Origin: Mobula hypostoma
Taxonomy: Eukaryota
Assembly (NCBI RefSeq): GCF_963921235.1
Contig: NC_086108.1
Location: 47,556,001 to 47,620,000 of the forward strand
Reading direction: 5' to 3'
DNA length: 64,000 nucleotides
Numbering within the stretch: position 1 is the stretch's first letter; each line of letters starts with the position of its first letter. A program made the position numbers and the translations under genes. Below are positions 24,101 through 39,100 of the stretch, one piece after another. The notes beneath the pieces were generated by a model, which had not been told where the DNA came from, did not search any database, and was given only the letters and a program-made list of their open reading frames with translations.

Positions 24101-27100
24101 TTCCTATGAAATCTTTCGTGCCGGAATGCTTTATGCCAATGAAGCAATTTATATGGAAAAAAATTTTCAGCGTTCCCAGACCCAAAGAATTAACCTACCA
24201 AATCATACCAAATAACACTAACATATAGTAAAAGCAGGAATGAGATGATAATACACAGCCTATATAAAGTAGAAATAATGAAGATTAAGCCAAAACCGAT
24301 TCATGGGGTTAAAAAAAAAAATCGGCACATCACGCATGCACACACAGGCGCCTGCGCAAGGCTTCATGGTCATGGTAGTCTTTCTTGGGATAAACACAAA
24401 TGTCCCGGGATTTTGACTGCTACTTTTGTCCGTTATAGTCATAGTCATACTTTATTGATCCTGGGGGAAATTGGATTTCGTTACAGTTGCACCATAAATA
24501 ATTAAATAGTAATAAAACCATAAATAGTTAAATAGTAATATGTAAATTATGCCAGGAAATAAGTCCAGGACCAGCCTATTGGCTCAGGGTGTCTGACCCT
24601 CCAAGGGAGGAGTTGTAAAGTTTGATGGCCACAGGCAGGAATGACTTCCTATGATGCTCAGTGTTGCATCTCGGTGGAATGAGTCTCTATTTGGGAGTGA
24701 GAAAGTTGGCAACCCTAGTGAAGTGTCTGTCAGTAAGTCAGCTGCTGTACTTAGATTTAATAATTTTCATCTGAGAAAATGCAATTTCACATAGATAAGT
24801 TGACCCGAAGTAGGCACTGACTTTTAGTGGTATAAAACCAACGTGCACACCGCACATTGCTGGGGCGCCATCAGGAGTAATTGCAATCAGTTTATGAATG
24901 GGGTTGTCATTTTCACGGACATATTTTTTAAACTCATTGTAAATATCCTCACCTCTCGTTCTCTCCTTTAATTGCAAAAGAGTGAGGAAGTAAAATCCTT
25001 TGTTGTAAAATCCTGGAAAGCCATTCTGACAAATACAACATGCTGAGCTGTTTGCATTACATCCAGGGATTCATTGAACTGTAGTGAAGAATATTCACAT
25101 CCTCTGACGGTGACACTACCCTCCTTGTCACTGTTGCAGGGCCAAGCAGTATATTACGTATTGCGGTTGTGATGCCGTTTTTGTTTTTAAAGTCATTAAA
25201 AACCGTCTCTGTGGTAATGACCATTGCTTCCTTGAATAAATCGCCATCTGTAAAAGGCTTCTTGTGTTTAGCCAAAAGGTGACTTACACGAAATGATGCT
25301 TCAATAGCAGCCTTATTTTGAGCAGCATGTTTTGTGAAAAACGATTGCTGGGCCTTCAACTCCGATTTCAGCTCCTCAACTTTCCTGGCACGAATTGCGC
25401 TCTTTGGGGGGTAGGTGTCTTTAAATTTCTGGTGGTTGGTGTTGTGGTGCCGCTCCAGATTCCCTCCTTTAGTCAGTGCTTGTGTTTGGTGGCACAACAT
25501 ACATACACACTTGTCTTTCACCAAGGTAAATAGAAATTCCTCTTCCCATTCTGGATGGAATTTGTACGTTTTCGCCTTTTTTTGTGGAGCATCCGCCACG
25601 CTATCAGAATATCACGAGCAATTGCCGATTGCGTCGCCTCTGATCTGAGCCGACATTTACATGCCAGGTGGCACCTAATTAATTAGCTGGCTTATTTCGG
25701 CTTTTTTCCTTAAGGATGTGCTGTGTGCATCTGGACTACCGCTGCACCACTGCTTGCTTCGCGGCCCGGAGGTTGGGGACACTGCCGTATATCGATGTTT
25801 GCGACAGTCTGTACTCTTACCTAATCTGATTGGTCACTTTGATGCAGCACAGGCTACGCTGAAAACTCGGTGCATGGCGGGAGAGCTACACACATGCGCA
25901 CTGGGCAGAAAGAACGGAACTAAACCCCCGCAACCCGGAAACAATCTCTCTTTACAAACAGCTTTTTAGCAAAAGTATTGCTATATTAACATTATCCTAA
26001 TTAGTATTACTTTTATAATGCTCACATTACAACAGTACTTTTGTATTTATTTTTGATTTTTCTTCAGGATCCACTGGGAAAGTGTCAAAGATCGATCAGT
26101 CGATCACGATCAACGGGCTGGTGACCCCTAGCCTAAAAGATACCAGAATGACATCTGGATACCAAGTGTTTTAATAAGGATTACAAAAGTGTGTTGTATT
26201 TCCTAGAACTTGAATGTTTAGGACATAAATTGGATTAAAATCTACAATCTATTGAAGAACCACATAGTGGTCAATGTGCACTATTCTTCACATTGGTTGG
26301 CAGTCAGAGCCAACACCTTAAGAGGCAAATGAAACTTCTTTCTGAAAAGACTAATAGATGCTATCTCAAAAACATTTCCTATCTGAGAATGATAGATATA
26401 TATTGCAATTAAATTGTATGGGTAAGGGGAAGAATAGTGTTTGGCTACAAACGGCAGAAAAAAGCTCAAGATGCTAACAACTCCATTATTGCAACTATGT
26501 TTCATTAATGAGCTGGATTTTATCAAGCAGGGCCCCTGCCTCCCAGTCCCCACCATAACAATTGGCTGGACCAAAGAAACGTCAGCCCTGGAAGTTAAAC
26601 ATACCCACAAGAAGAAACTTCAAACTTGAGTAACAGGGTTACTGCTGGTGCAAATATTGAGCTTTGATTCAGTACTGTCATCTCACAGTGAATGTATTTC
26701 CATCTGTGGCCATAGAGGTTACTCAAAAAGAAGGTAGTTAACTATTTTATATTTTAGTAACAGAGGGTGCATACATCTTTGATATTACATTATTACATTC
26801 ACTTAAATAACAGCAAATTTTAAAACGTCTTGACTTGAAAGGACTTGTTCTTCAAAAGTATAGTATGGAACTGATAATCATTTCCTGAACTTGTTAAGCT
26901 ACTAAGGAGGTACTCTCCAAAAACCTTGCATTTTTACAAGAGATATTAGTGAACACATTACCTTGCCATTGAAGCGATGACCATTCTGGCTGCCACTTCT
27001 TTATAGTATTCTGTCCGGACAATGTGACACCCATAGTGGCGCATGGTGACATTCAAGGCCTTGCAGTACAATGTGCTGATGTCAGTGGATGTCACAGAAA

Positions 27101-30100
27101 CAATTCCAAGATTCCTCACATTTCTGAAGGCAGCATCAAAGTAATTTATTGCTGTTCCAAATGGGTCAAGGTGTCTATCCCAAGACAAAAGTAAACACAA
27201 TCAGATAGCTGCAATTGTAATATCTGCCATATTCATTACTGAACAAAGGCAGAAGAAAAATATTTTGCATTATGTTTTACACAGCATATTATTTCAGTAG
27301 TTCTCCCCAATATACTCCATCTTCCAGATGGGAGGTAGGTCAGGACAGATTTCTGCAGGGGCATTCCTACAGGGCTCTTTGTTTGAGAGCGTGTGACAAA
27401 ACTGGTGATAATTTTCTTTAAAAATTCACACATTTAAGCAGAGATTAGCATTGATCAATAATTGTGTATATCTTAAGAAAAAAAGGGCATTTACATGTAT
27501 AACAGGGACAGATTGAAACAAATGAAGCACTTTAGAAAACATGCCCAAAAATATCAAATTTTTCAATTGTCTTTTTTTTTTAAAAAACATCATTTCTAAA
27601 TAATATTTTTATATAACATAAGAAACGAGAATGTGAAACTATAAACTTTGGTGCATATTCATAAAAGATCAAATAAAGGAAAAAATTCGCACTTTATTCT
27701 CAGTGTGACTTGTGTTGCTGCATGGATGATGAGAAATATTTAACATCTGGATTGTATTTGGTTGTTTTGAGAGCTATGCATTCAGCACTAGTTTCAGCTG
27801 TAAGTCTACACCTATAATTAGACTTGACCAAGTTCATTATTGAAAACAATGATTCACTTGAATATTTATGGAAGTGGTAAGCTACATACCAGTATTTCCC
27901 ATTATTATCACTGAATATCCAGTGTTGACTCACAAACAACAGATGAAAAAAATACATAAGCAGAGCAAAACCAATGTCAATTGGCCCAACCTTTTACAAT
28001 CTAAATATTGATGTGTGTACCAGGTCTGTGAGGATTTCAAAATGTATCATCCAATGTCATATGTTCTGAGAACCATCTGGCTGGCGCCAAGCCAGTGTGA
28101 GACATTTTCTGTGAAAACAGCTCACTGCTTTTGGCTTGTAAAGAATCATTCGCTGCTTCATTTGGCAGTAAAGAGATTAAGATGTATCTTTTTATTATGG
28201 TTGGGGTTTAAAGAATCAAGGGGTGGCACTGGATGCCATGCGCCAACAAAATTCTTGCGTGCCATAAGTTCATTATTCCTGCCATAGAAACTTACAAATG
28301 TAAAGCAACTTTTAATCAACACACATTGATGTTGCTCTTGATTCAGCGCATATGGATGCCGAAGAACAAGAAGTAACAATGAAAATATTTTGCTGGCAAA
28401 GACACAAGGGTAAAAAAGTAAAGGCTCAGAAGAGTGCAGAGGTTCAGTAAACTAATTTAAAGTGAAAACAGGGCCTAGTCAATTGTAATGCAACACCAGC
28501 AATTAAATCGTCAAAACCCCAAAGCAAAGAAACAAGGATCTTGTGTCTCCAGTAATTCCACTTCTACCTACTCCTGGCCAATAGAACACACAGCTCCTCA
28601 GCAAGGAATTGGTGATACAGACACTAAAAGGTTTGCCTTCAGCCTAGTTTGAGCTGAAAGTCTTTAAAACATTTCAGACCCATTGGGGAGAATTTTAGTT
28701 TCCACATGGCATAAGAACTCAGCATGTACCCTGTTTCATTTGTTTTTAAAGGACAGTAAGACAGTTGGCAGATCCAGTAGATTACTCCTGCTATGTCATT
28801 AAAGACTGATGCAGCAAGAATTCTCAAAGTTCCAAAATCCCAGTTCTACTAACTGAAAAATTGCTGATCTACAAAGCTTACATCACTTTGAACACAACCA
28901 GGAAAAAAAAGAACATATTTACAGTACTACCTTCTCAAAGTATAATTTTGTTTAGATTCCATGAATAACCAGAATGGAAGTACTGATAGTAATCAATGTA
29001 GTTAACCTTCTCTGAGCTCAACAAGGCAGAGTGAAATACACATGAAAATTATGGGCAGATCCAAAATAGGCTACATCTGCCTGCAATAAGAACATTTTTT
29101 CTTCCTCTACAGCCACTTCATCAACAGAGATTTTCCACAGCGTTTGTCAAATCACACAATTTGGGAAATAGACCTCTCCAATAACTAATGTTTGTCTGAA
29201 TATTTAACTATATACAGATGATTTTTTTTCTGTATTCTAAGACTTGCTAAATGCTTTAGACCATGGTTCATTTGCAATACTGTCTAAATAACAATGATAA
29301 CTTTTTCCACATGTATGGCTATTGCAATCTTTTGCAAATTATGAGGTCGCACAATCTTAAAATTTTCTTTAGAGACAGGCAGTAAGTTTCTACCCCTGAC
29401 CACTCTTCAGGGATGTGCAGTCAGAATTACTTTTCAGCAGGAAACCAGGGAAAAAAAATGAAATACAACAGGTTGACTAAAGCAGACTTAGAACAGTTTG
29501 TCCCTCTGACTGGATATATAAGACCACCATGAATATAGCTAAAATACTTCTTTCGAGTTGGATCTTTCAGTACTGGAATCAGCCCATATTTTCTTCCACC
29601 TTCCTAAGGTTCCTCCAATATGAATAGTATTTCATTTTCTACCAACATTTCCTTGAAGGAATTCAAAGAATTCTATGACAACAATTTGTGATCCAAGATC
29701 ACTTGGTACCAAATTGGGCTACTTCCTAAATTTAGCTCACAATGTTGCTCAGCACATGCTTTATTACAAGCTACAGAAAAAGATATATTGCAGCCCCAGT
29801 ATTTTGTAGCAACAATTTTGTTGCAAAATCCAACTATTACTAAAGAAAGAAATATCTTGTCTAGCAAGTACAGACTATTGGACACTTTAAAGAAAAATTA
29901 AAGTTTAAAATTTATTCAGGTATGTGAAGAGAAAACAAAATCATACTATTTTCCTAAGTATTGATATTATGATGCATTTCACTCACATGAAGTCAAATGC
30001 TCTCAAATGCATGAGTACATTGGCATCCATTTGTGTGACCTCAATAATACCTAAAGTATCCTCATTTTCCTCAACCTCATCTTCGTCCTCTTCCTCCTCT

Positions 30101-33100
30101 TTTATGTTCTTTACCACCTTCATTCGATTTAGAAGACAATTTTCTCCAATCATCTTCACAGATCCCTCATTTATGTCATTTATCGTGACTTTCACTGCAT
30201 CTCTCAGGTGCTTTGCCCACTGCAACCCCATAATTCCTGCAAAAATAAAAGAATAATCCACAAGTATTTCAGAAGAGATAACAATTGTATTGTTGAGCAG
30301 TCTGATTATGCCATGATGATGGAGACTGTGGGCTGGACATTTTTGACCAGCTTAGGAGGAGGCTAAACCAGCTCAGTTGCTTTTAGAGTCATAGTGTCTT
30401 ACAGTAGAGAAGCAGGGCCCTTGGCCACGCTAGTTCATGTTGGCCTTGTTTTCTGACTGGTATCATCTATCCGTACCCATACCACAGCCTTCCATTCCTG
30501 TCTCATTGATGTACCATCTGTAACGTAATATTTAAGCTTCTCTTAAATGTTTCAATTGAACCCACAACTATGACATTCCCTAACAGCTCATTCCGCACTT
30601 ACACCACACTGAGTGAAGCAGCTTCCCCTCAGATTCCCTGTAAATATTTCACCTTTCACGCTAAGTCTATGACCTCTGTTCTAGTCGCATTAAATCTGAG
30701 CAGGAAAAGGAACTACCTGCATTCATCCTATCTATACCCTTCAAAAATTTTGTATAACTCTGTAAGATTTCTACTGATCTTCTTGTGCTTTTGCGAATAA
30801 ACTCCTACCCTAATCATCCTTTCCCTATAATTCTGGTGTTCAAGTCCCAGAAACATCCTTGTAAATTTTCTCTGCACTCTTTCAAGCTTATTCATATTTT
30901 TCTTATAGGTAGGTGACCAGAACTGCACACAGTACTCTGAATTTAGTCTTACCAATGTCTTTCGTAACTTCCACGTAACATCATAACTCATGTGCTCAGT
31001 GCCCTGATTTAGAAAGGACAATGTGCCAAAAGTTCTCTTTATAACCTACCTACCTGTGATGCCACTTGCAAAAAATACGGCACTTCAGTGCATTACCATT
31101 CACTGTGTAAATCCTACCCTAGTCTGTCATCTCAAAGAGTAACACCCCACATTAATCGGTATTAAATTCATCTACTATTTTTCAACTCACTTTCCCTGCT
31201 GGTCCAGATCATGTTGCAAGCCTTCTCCATTATCCACTTTGCCCCCGATCTTGATGTCATCTGCACATTTGCTGATGCAATTTACATTATCATCCAAATC
31301 ATTCACACAGATGATAAACAACAACGGATCTAGTACCAATCTCTAAGGCACAACACTAGTTACAGGCCTCCAGTCAGAGAAACAACCATCCATATCGTTC
31401 ACAGTCTCCTCCCTCGAAGCCAGTGTTGAATCCAATTGACTACCTCCTCCTAATGCCAGCCTCCCCGTGGGATTTTATCAAAGGCCTTGCTAAAGTGCAT
31501 CAGCCTCCCTTCATCAACCTTCTTAGTACCTCCTCAAAAAACTGTAAGACCTGTCATGCACAAAGCCACGTTCACTATCCCTAATCAATCCAAATACTTA
31601 TATACCCTGTCCCTTATAATATGTTACAGTAACCTACTTATGACTGACATCGGGCTCATCAGCCTATAACTTCCAGGTTTATTCTTAAGACCTTACTTAA
31701 ATTATGGAACAACAGAACCTACCTTCCAGTTCTCTGGCATCACACCAGTAACAAAGGACACTTTAAATATCTCTGACAGGGCCTCTGCAATTTCTGCACC
31801 AACCTCCGAGAAGGTCCAAGGGAACCATAGGAATTTATCCACCTTAATTTGCTTAAAAACAGTAAGCACGTCCTCTTCTGTAATCCAGATATTGCTCATG
31901 ACCTCGCTGCTGTTTTGTCTCACTCTGATAGGCTCTGTATCTCGCAAGTAAATATAGACGTAAAAATTGCATTTAAGATCTCCACATCTTTATCGACTCC
32001 ATGCATAGATGACCATAATGATCTTAAAGAGGACCAATTTTCTCTTAATATAGCTATAGAAGACCTTAGGATTCTTTTTTTACCTTGTGTGCCAAAGCAA
32101 CCTCATGTCTTCCTTTAGCACTCCTGATTTCTCTCGTGTTCTCTCGCATTTCTTAATGTCCTCACACGTCTCATTTAATACTACATACTTGCACCTGTAA
32201 AATACCTCCTTCTTTTTCTTTACCAGTGCCTCAATATCCTTTGATAATCAAGATTCCCTTAAACTGTTAGTCTTGACTTTTATTCTAGCAGAAACATATA
32301 GATTCTGTACTCCCAATATTTCACTTTTGAAGGCCTTCCACTTACCAAACATTCCTTTGCCAGAAAACAACCTACCCCAATCCATGCCTGCCTGATCCCT
32401 TTAGAAGTCTTCAAAATTGGCCTTTCTCCAGTTTAGAATCCTAACCTGAGGACCAGTCCTAGCCGCCTTCATTATTATAAGACCATAAGACAAAGGAGCA
32501 GAAGTCGGCCATTCGGCCCATCGAGTCTGCTCCGCCATTTTATCATGAGCCGATCCATTCTCCTATTTAGTCCCACTCCCCTGCCTTCTCACCATAACCT
32601 TTGATGCCCTGGCTACTCAGATACCTATCAATCTCTGCCTTAAATACACCCAATGACTTGGCCTCCACTGCTGCCCGTGGCAACAAATTCTATAGATTCA
32701 CCACCCTCTGACTAAAAAAATTTCTTTGCATTTCTGTTTTGAATGGGCGCCCTTCAATCCTTAAGTCATGCCCTCTCGTACTAGACTCGCCTATCATGGG
32801 AAACAACTTTGCCACATCCACTCTGTCCATGCCTTTCAACTTTCGAAATGTTTCTATGAGGTCTCCCCTCATTCTTCTAAACTGCAAGGAATACAGTCCA
32901 AGAGCGGACAAACATTCCTCATATGTTAACCCGCTCATTCCCGGAATCATTCTAGTGAATCTTCTCTGTACCCTCTCCAACGTCAGCACATACTTTCTTA
33001 AATAAGGAGACCAAAACTGCCCACAGTACTCCAAGTGAGGTCTCACCAGCGCCTTATAGAGCCTCAACATCACATCCCTGCTCCTATACTCTATTCCTCT

Positions 33101-36100
33101 AGAAATGAATGCCAACATTGCATTCGCCTTCTTCACTACTGACTCAACCTGGAGGTTAACTTTAAGGGTATCCTGTACGAGGACTCCCAAGTCCCATTGC
33201 ATCTCAGAACTTTCAATTCTTTCCCCATTTAAATAATAATCTGCCCGTTTATTTTTTCTACCAAAGTGCATAACCATACACTTTCCAACATTATACTTCA
33301 TTTGCCACTTCTCTGCCCATTCTTCCAATCTATCCAAGTCTCTCTGCAGACTCTCCATTTCCTCAGCACTACCGGCCCCTCCACCTATCTTTGTATCATC
33401 AGCAAACTTAGCCACAAAGCCATCTATTCTGTAATCTAAATCGTTGATGTACAATGTAAAAAGAAGCGGCCCCCAACACTGACCCCTGTGGAACACCACT
33501 GGTAACCGGCAGCCAACCAGACTAGAATCCCTTTATTCCCACTCTCTGTTTCCTGCCGATCAGCCAACGCTCTATCCACGTATGTAACTTTCCTGTAATT
33601 CCATGGGCTCTTATCTTGTTAAGTAGCCTCATGTGTGGCACCTTGTCAAAGGCCTTCTGAAAATCCAAATATACAACATCCACTGCATCTCCCTTGTCTA
33701 GCCTACTGCTAATTTCCTCAAAAAATTGTAACAGGTTTGTCAGGCAGGATTTTCCTTTAAGGAATCTATGCTGAGTTCTGCCTATCTTGTCGTATGCCTC
33801 CAGGTACTCTGTAACCTCATCCTTGACAATCGACTCCAACAACTTCCCAACCACCGATGTCAAGCTAACAGGTCTATAATTTCCTTTTTGCTTCCTTGCC
33901 CCCTTCTTAAATAGCGGAGTGACATTTGCAATCTTCCAGTCCTCCGGAACCATGCCAGAATCTATCCACTTTTGAAAGATCATCGCTAATGCCTCCGCAA
34001 TCTCCACAGCTACTTCCTTCAGAACACGCGGGTGCATTCCATCTGGTCCAGATAGTCCATTATCTTGAAACTAATGGAATTACTATCACTAGATAAAAAG
34101 TGTTCCCCTATACGCACTTCTGTCACGTGCCCCGTCTCATTTTTTAAGAGGAGATCCAAAATCGTGCTCTCCTCAAGTTGGGATCTCTACATATTGATTA
34201 AGGAAACTTTCCAGAACACAACCCCACCTAATCTACTCTTTTTACAGTATGGAAGTCACAGTCAATATGGGGAAAATTAAAATCACTTACTATCACAACT
34301 TCATATTTCCTGCAACGTCTATTGTCTTTCTACAAAAGTGCTCCTCTAAATCCCATTGACTACTGGGAGGTCTATAACACAGTCCCTTTAACACGGTCAT
34401 TCTTTTCTTCCTCAGTTCCACCCAAACTGCTTCAGTGGACGAGCCCTCCGATATGTCCTCTCTGCACTACCGTGACATTTTCCCTAATAATACCACCCCT
34501 TCCCCTTTAATACTTCCCCTCTATCATGTCTAAAACCAACAGACCCTGGAACATTGTGCTGCCAGTCCTGCCTCTCCTGCAACCAAGTCTCACTAATGGC
34601 GACAAAATTATTATTCCACATTTGGATCCATGCTCTAAGTTCATCTGCCTTACCTACAATACTTGCATTGAAGTGGATGCAACTCAGAACATTAGTCCCA
34701 CCATGCTCAATGTTTTGATCCCTATATTTGTATGTATGCTTAACATCTTTTTACCCCACAAGTAACCCCAGCTCCCATCTCTCTAGAACTCTAATTTAAA
34801 TCACTACCCCTCTGAAACAGTGCTAGCAAACTTCCCTGCAAGGATATTGGTCCCCCTCCAGTTCAACTGCAAATTGTCCCACATGCCCTGTGAGAGAGTC
34901 CAATGATCTAAAAATCAGAAGGCCTCCCTTCTGTACCATCTCCTCAACTACATCTTAGACCGTATTAGCTTCCTATTTTTTGCCTTACTAGCTCATGGCA
35001 CAGGGAGCATTCCCGAGATTGCCATCCTGGAGGTCCCATCTTTTAACTTAGCAGACAACTGCCTGAATTCCACTTTGCAGGAACTCGTCACTTTTCCTAA
35101 CTACATCATGCTCTTCACAACCTCTTGCTGCTCACCCTCCCCCATAAGAATGCTACAGATTCAGTCTAAGATCTCTGATCCTAGAAGCTAAGAGGCAACA
35201 TATCATCCGGGAGTCTCGTTTTTTTTTCCCACAGAGCCTACTGATTGGTTCCTTAACCAATGAAACTCCTATCACTACCACTCACCTCTTCTCCCCCTTC
35301 CTTTCTCGGCCAAAGTGCTAAACTCCATGCTCAAGTCCTGACCACTGTGGCATCCCCCAGGTGGAACAATCCCCCCCAAACACCATCTAAAATAGTATAC
35401 TTGTTATTGAGGAGAATGGCCACAGGGTACCCTACTCTGTCTACCTATTCCCTTTCCAACTTCAGGTGATCACCCAGCTACATACCTTATACAACCCATA
35501 TGTATTTGTTCATGAAACCCTCCCTAGTACAGTATATCAACATGTCAGATCAGGGTTCTGAAATAGGTGGCTGAAGAGATTGTGGAGGCATTAGTAATGA
35601 TCCTTCAAGAATCACTAGATTCCCGAATGGTTCCAAAGGACTGGAAAATTGCAAATGTCACTCCACTCTTCAAGAAGGGAGAGAGGCAGAAGGAAGGAAA
35701 TTATAGGCCAGTTAGTCTGACCTCAGTGGTTGGGAAGATGATGGAGTCGATTGTTAAGGATGTAATTTTGGGGTACATGGAGGCACATGATAAAATAGGC
35801 TGTAGTCAGCGTGGTTTCCACAAGGGAATATCTTGCCTGACAAATCTGTTTGAATTCTTTGAAGAAATAACTAGCGGGATAGACAAAAGAGAATTGGTTG
35901 ATGTTGTGCACCTGGATTTTCAGAAGGCCTGCGACGAAGTGTCACACATGAGGCTGCTTAACAAGTTACTAGCCTATGGTATTACAGGAAATATTCTATC
36001 ATGGATAAAGCAGTGGCTGACTGGCAGGAGGCAGAGAGTGGGAATAAAGGGAGTATTTTCTGGTTAGCTACCAGTAACTAGTGGTGTTCCGCAGGTGTCA

Positions 36101-39100
36101 GTGTTGGGACCAATTCTTCTTACATTATATGTCAATGATTTTTCTTGTTAATTATTTCTCACCAACTATCAGTGACAAACATCACTGCTTTTTGAACGTA
36201 AGCACAACAGTTGACACTATTTAAAAACTGTTCACCCCAAGCATGGTGTAGTGTCTAATGGCCACACAAGTGCACGCAACTGATGCTAGTGTGAAACTGT
36301 TTGGCAACAGTCTTCTGTATCAATTAACTTGCATAGTATTCCAAATAAATGAAGGAAAACCCAGCTATTTTCTCAATTAGTTTTTGTTCTTTAAGAGTTG
36401 TCCCAAGTAAGCAGCTGCCCCAGTGAGCTGAAATCTAATTGAATGGTGCAAGGCCTTAATAAAGTGGATGTGGAGAGGATGTTTCTTATGGTGGGAGCAT
36501 CTAAAATCAGAGGACACAACCTCAAAATAGAGGGGTGCCCTTTTAGAATGGAGAGGAGGAGGAATTTCTTTAGTTAGAGAGTGGTGAATCTGTGGAAGTT
36601 TTGCTACTGACAGCTGTGGAAGCCAAGCCTTTAAGGCAGAGGTTGATAGATTCTTGATTGGTCAGGGCATGAAAGGATACTGGGAGAAGGCAGGAGATGG
36701 GACTAAGAGGGAAAATGGATCAGCCATGATCAGTCATAACAAGTACTTAAGTTGCAATACAACTTTGGGCATTAGGAGTTGTAGGATGACTACAGGAGGT
36801 GGGAGACACCATATGAATACAAGCTCTTTATATAAAACTGCCACAGTAGCATAGTGTTTAGCATGATGCTTTTACAGCTGGGGGCAGAGTTCAATTCCAT
36901 CACTGCCTGTTAATGATTTTGTACGTTTTCCCCGTGATGACATGGCTTCCCTCTGAGTGCTCTGATTTCCTCTCGCAGTCCAAAGAGTGCTCGGTTAGTA
37001 GGATAATTGGTCATTATAAATTGTCCTATGATTAGGCTGGTGTTAAATAGGTGGAGTGCTGGGTGGTGTGGCTCATTGGGCTGGAAGGGCCTGTCCTGTA
37101 TCTCTAAATAAGTAAAAATAATAATAAATAATGAGCAACACACACAAGATGGTGGAGTAAGTCAGCAGGCCAGGCAGCATCTATGGAAAAGAGGACAGTC
37201 GATGTATTGGGTCAAGACCCTTTGGTAGGACTAGAGAAAAAAAGATGAGCAGATTTAAAAGATGGGAGGGGAGAGAGAAAAACATTAGGTGAAACAGGGA
37301 GGGGGAAGGGTAAAGTAAAGAGCTTGGGAAGTTGATTGGTGAAAGAGATACAAGGCTGGGGGGGGGCAGATCTGATGGGAGAGGACAGAGGCCATGGACA
37401 AAAAAAAGGTGGGGGGGGGGGAAGCACCAGAGATTAGATTTGCTTAGATTTCCTGCATCTGCAGATTTTCTCTTGTTGATAAATAATGACCATTCTTTCT
37501 TCTTTGTAGTCTTGAAGAGCTTTAGATCACTGATTTTCATCCAGTGTACTAAGTTCATATTAATGGACAGCCCTAGTAATCAAATCACAAAGTCGCTGCT
37601 GGAGATAAATTCTCCATCATTTAAATTTACCTTTTAATGTTACACAGATTTTTTTCAAATTGGAAGCCAATTCCTAAATGGAAATTTCAGCAGTGTCCAC
37701 AAAGACCTGTTTTACATTGAGTCAGCTGACTACCTTTAATCCAAGAATATTGTATGCTTTTAAAATTTTATACAAACCTAGTGGATTAATAATGAAAACT
37801 ACAGGTATACAATCCCCTTCATGTGTTGGGACTTTACCATCAGAAACAAAGCCCATCATGCTGCTTTGCCAGTGATCACATCCATAGGAAAGATGGGCGA
37901 ACAAGATCAAGTAGCTCCTTTCAAAACTTCACGGTGTCCTCAGTACCTTACAATAGTTGAAATGCTTTTAAATCCTGGTTATCATTATAAAGTAGGAAAT
38001 GCCAACAGCTTTGTTAATGGAGGAGTAATTCAGAAACCTGGGCTAATAATAGTGGCATGAATTTGAACGTTGGAGGATTTCAGTTATTTAACTAAAGTGG
38101 TGATGATAAGACCATAAGTTAAAATCTCATCTGATTCACTAATTTTTTTCAAAGGACTTTGTCATATTTACCTGGTCTGTGCATGACTGAAGACCAAAAC
38201 CAAAGGAATAGATTCTTAATTGTTTCTTAAATAGCCCAGATAACCATTCTATTCAAGAGCAATTACAATTGGGGCAATAAAGGCCCCCTTGTCACCAACA
38301 TAAAATGGCAGCAATCAGCAAACAGTAGATCTCACAAATAGGCAAAAATATTAACGTAATAATCTGCTGTAGTGACGTTGGTGAAATGATATGCAGTGGA
38401 TTTCAGCTAATTGGGCCATTGGTTAATTGGGGCAGCTGCTTACTTGGGACAACTCTTAAAGAACAAAAATAGAGAAAATAGTTGGGTTTTTCTTTGTTTA
38501 TTTTGGAATACTCTGCAAGTTAATTGATACAGAAGACTGTTGCCAAACAGTTTCACACAAGTGTCAGTTGCGTGCACTTGTGTGGCCATTAGGCACTACA
38601 CCGTGCTTAGGGTGAAGAGTTTTTAAATAGCTTCGGTTGTGTGTGCTTGTGTTCAAAAAGCAGTGATGTTTGTCACTGATAGTTGGCGAGAAATAACTAG
38701 CAAGACAATTCAGACTTGTTTTGTTCACTGTGGTTTCAAGCATTCAGGCTTGGAGATGCCAAAAATAGCTGTCAGATATTACGGGGCGAACAGTTTTTAA
38801 ATAGCGTCAGTTGAGAGTGCTTCTGTTATATTGTCTATGTGGGCTGATAGACACAGACTCAAAAAGCAGCCAATTTTGATCATTTTATTTTTTTTATTTT
38901 GAGTTTGTGCAGAAAGGCAGTGAAGATAGTCCATTATCTGTAATAGGTGTTGCATTGATTTTGTTCATTTACAGTCTATTCAAAGAACATGACAGAAATG
39001 AATTCTTCCATTGATAACTATTAGGAACTAATACAGTTTTATAATACTGTAGTAGTAGTAGTAGTATTGGTAGTGTTCTAATTTGTTCTGTATTTTATTT

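Larger units (their letters stand above)
23965..25599 (-). pseudogene. hAT transposase pseudogene (GTF2IRD2/SPIN-like)
   Basis: BED-like finger [54 protein letters not shown]; frameshifts and a large internal deletion. Confidence 0.9.
23630..26130 (-). mobile_element. hAT (Buster/Charlie/SPIN-like) DNA transposon, internally deleted, with nested insertions
   Basis: TIRs tagtggtcaccaacc / ggctggtgaccccta; perfect 8-bp TSD gcctaaaa (23622-23629, 26131-26138); transposase remnants inside. Confidence 0.93.
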
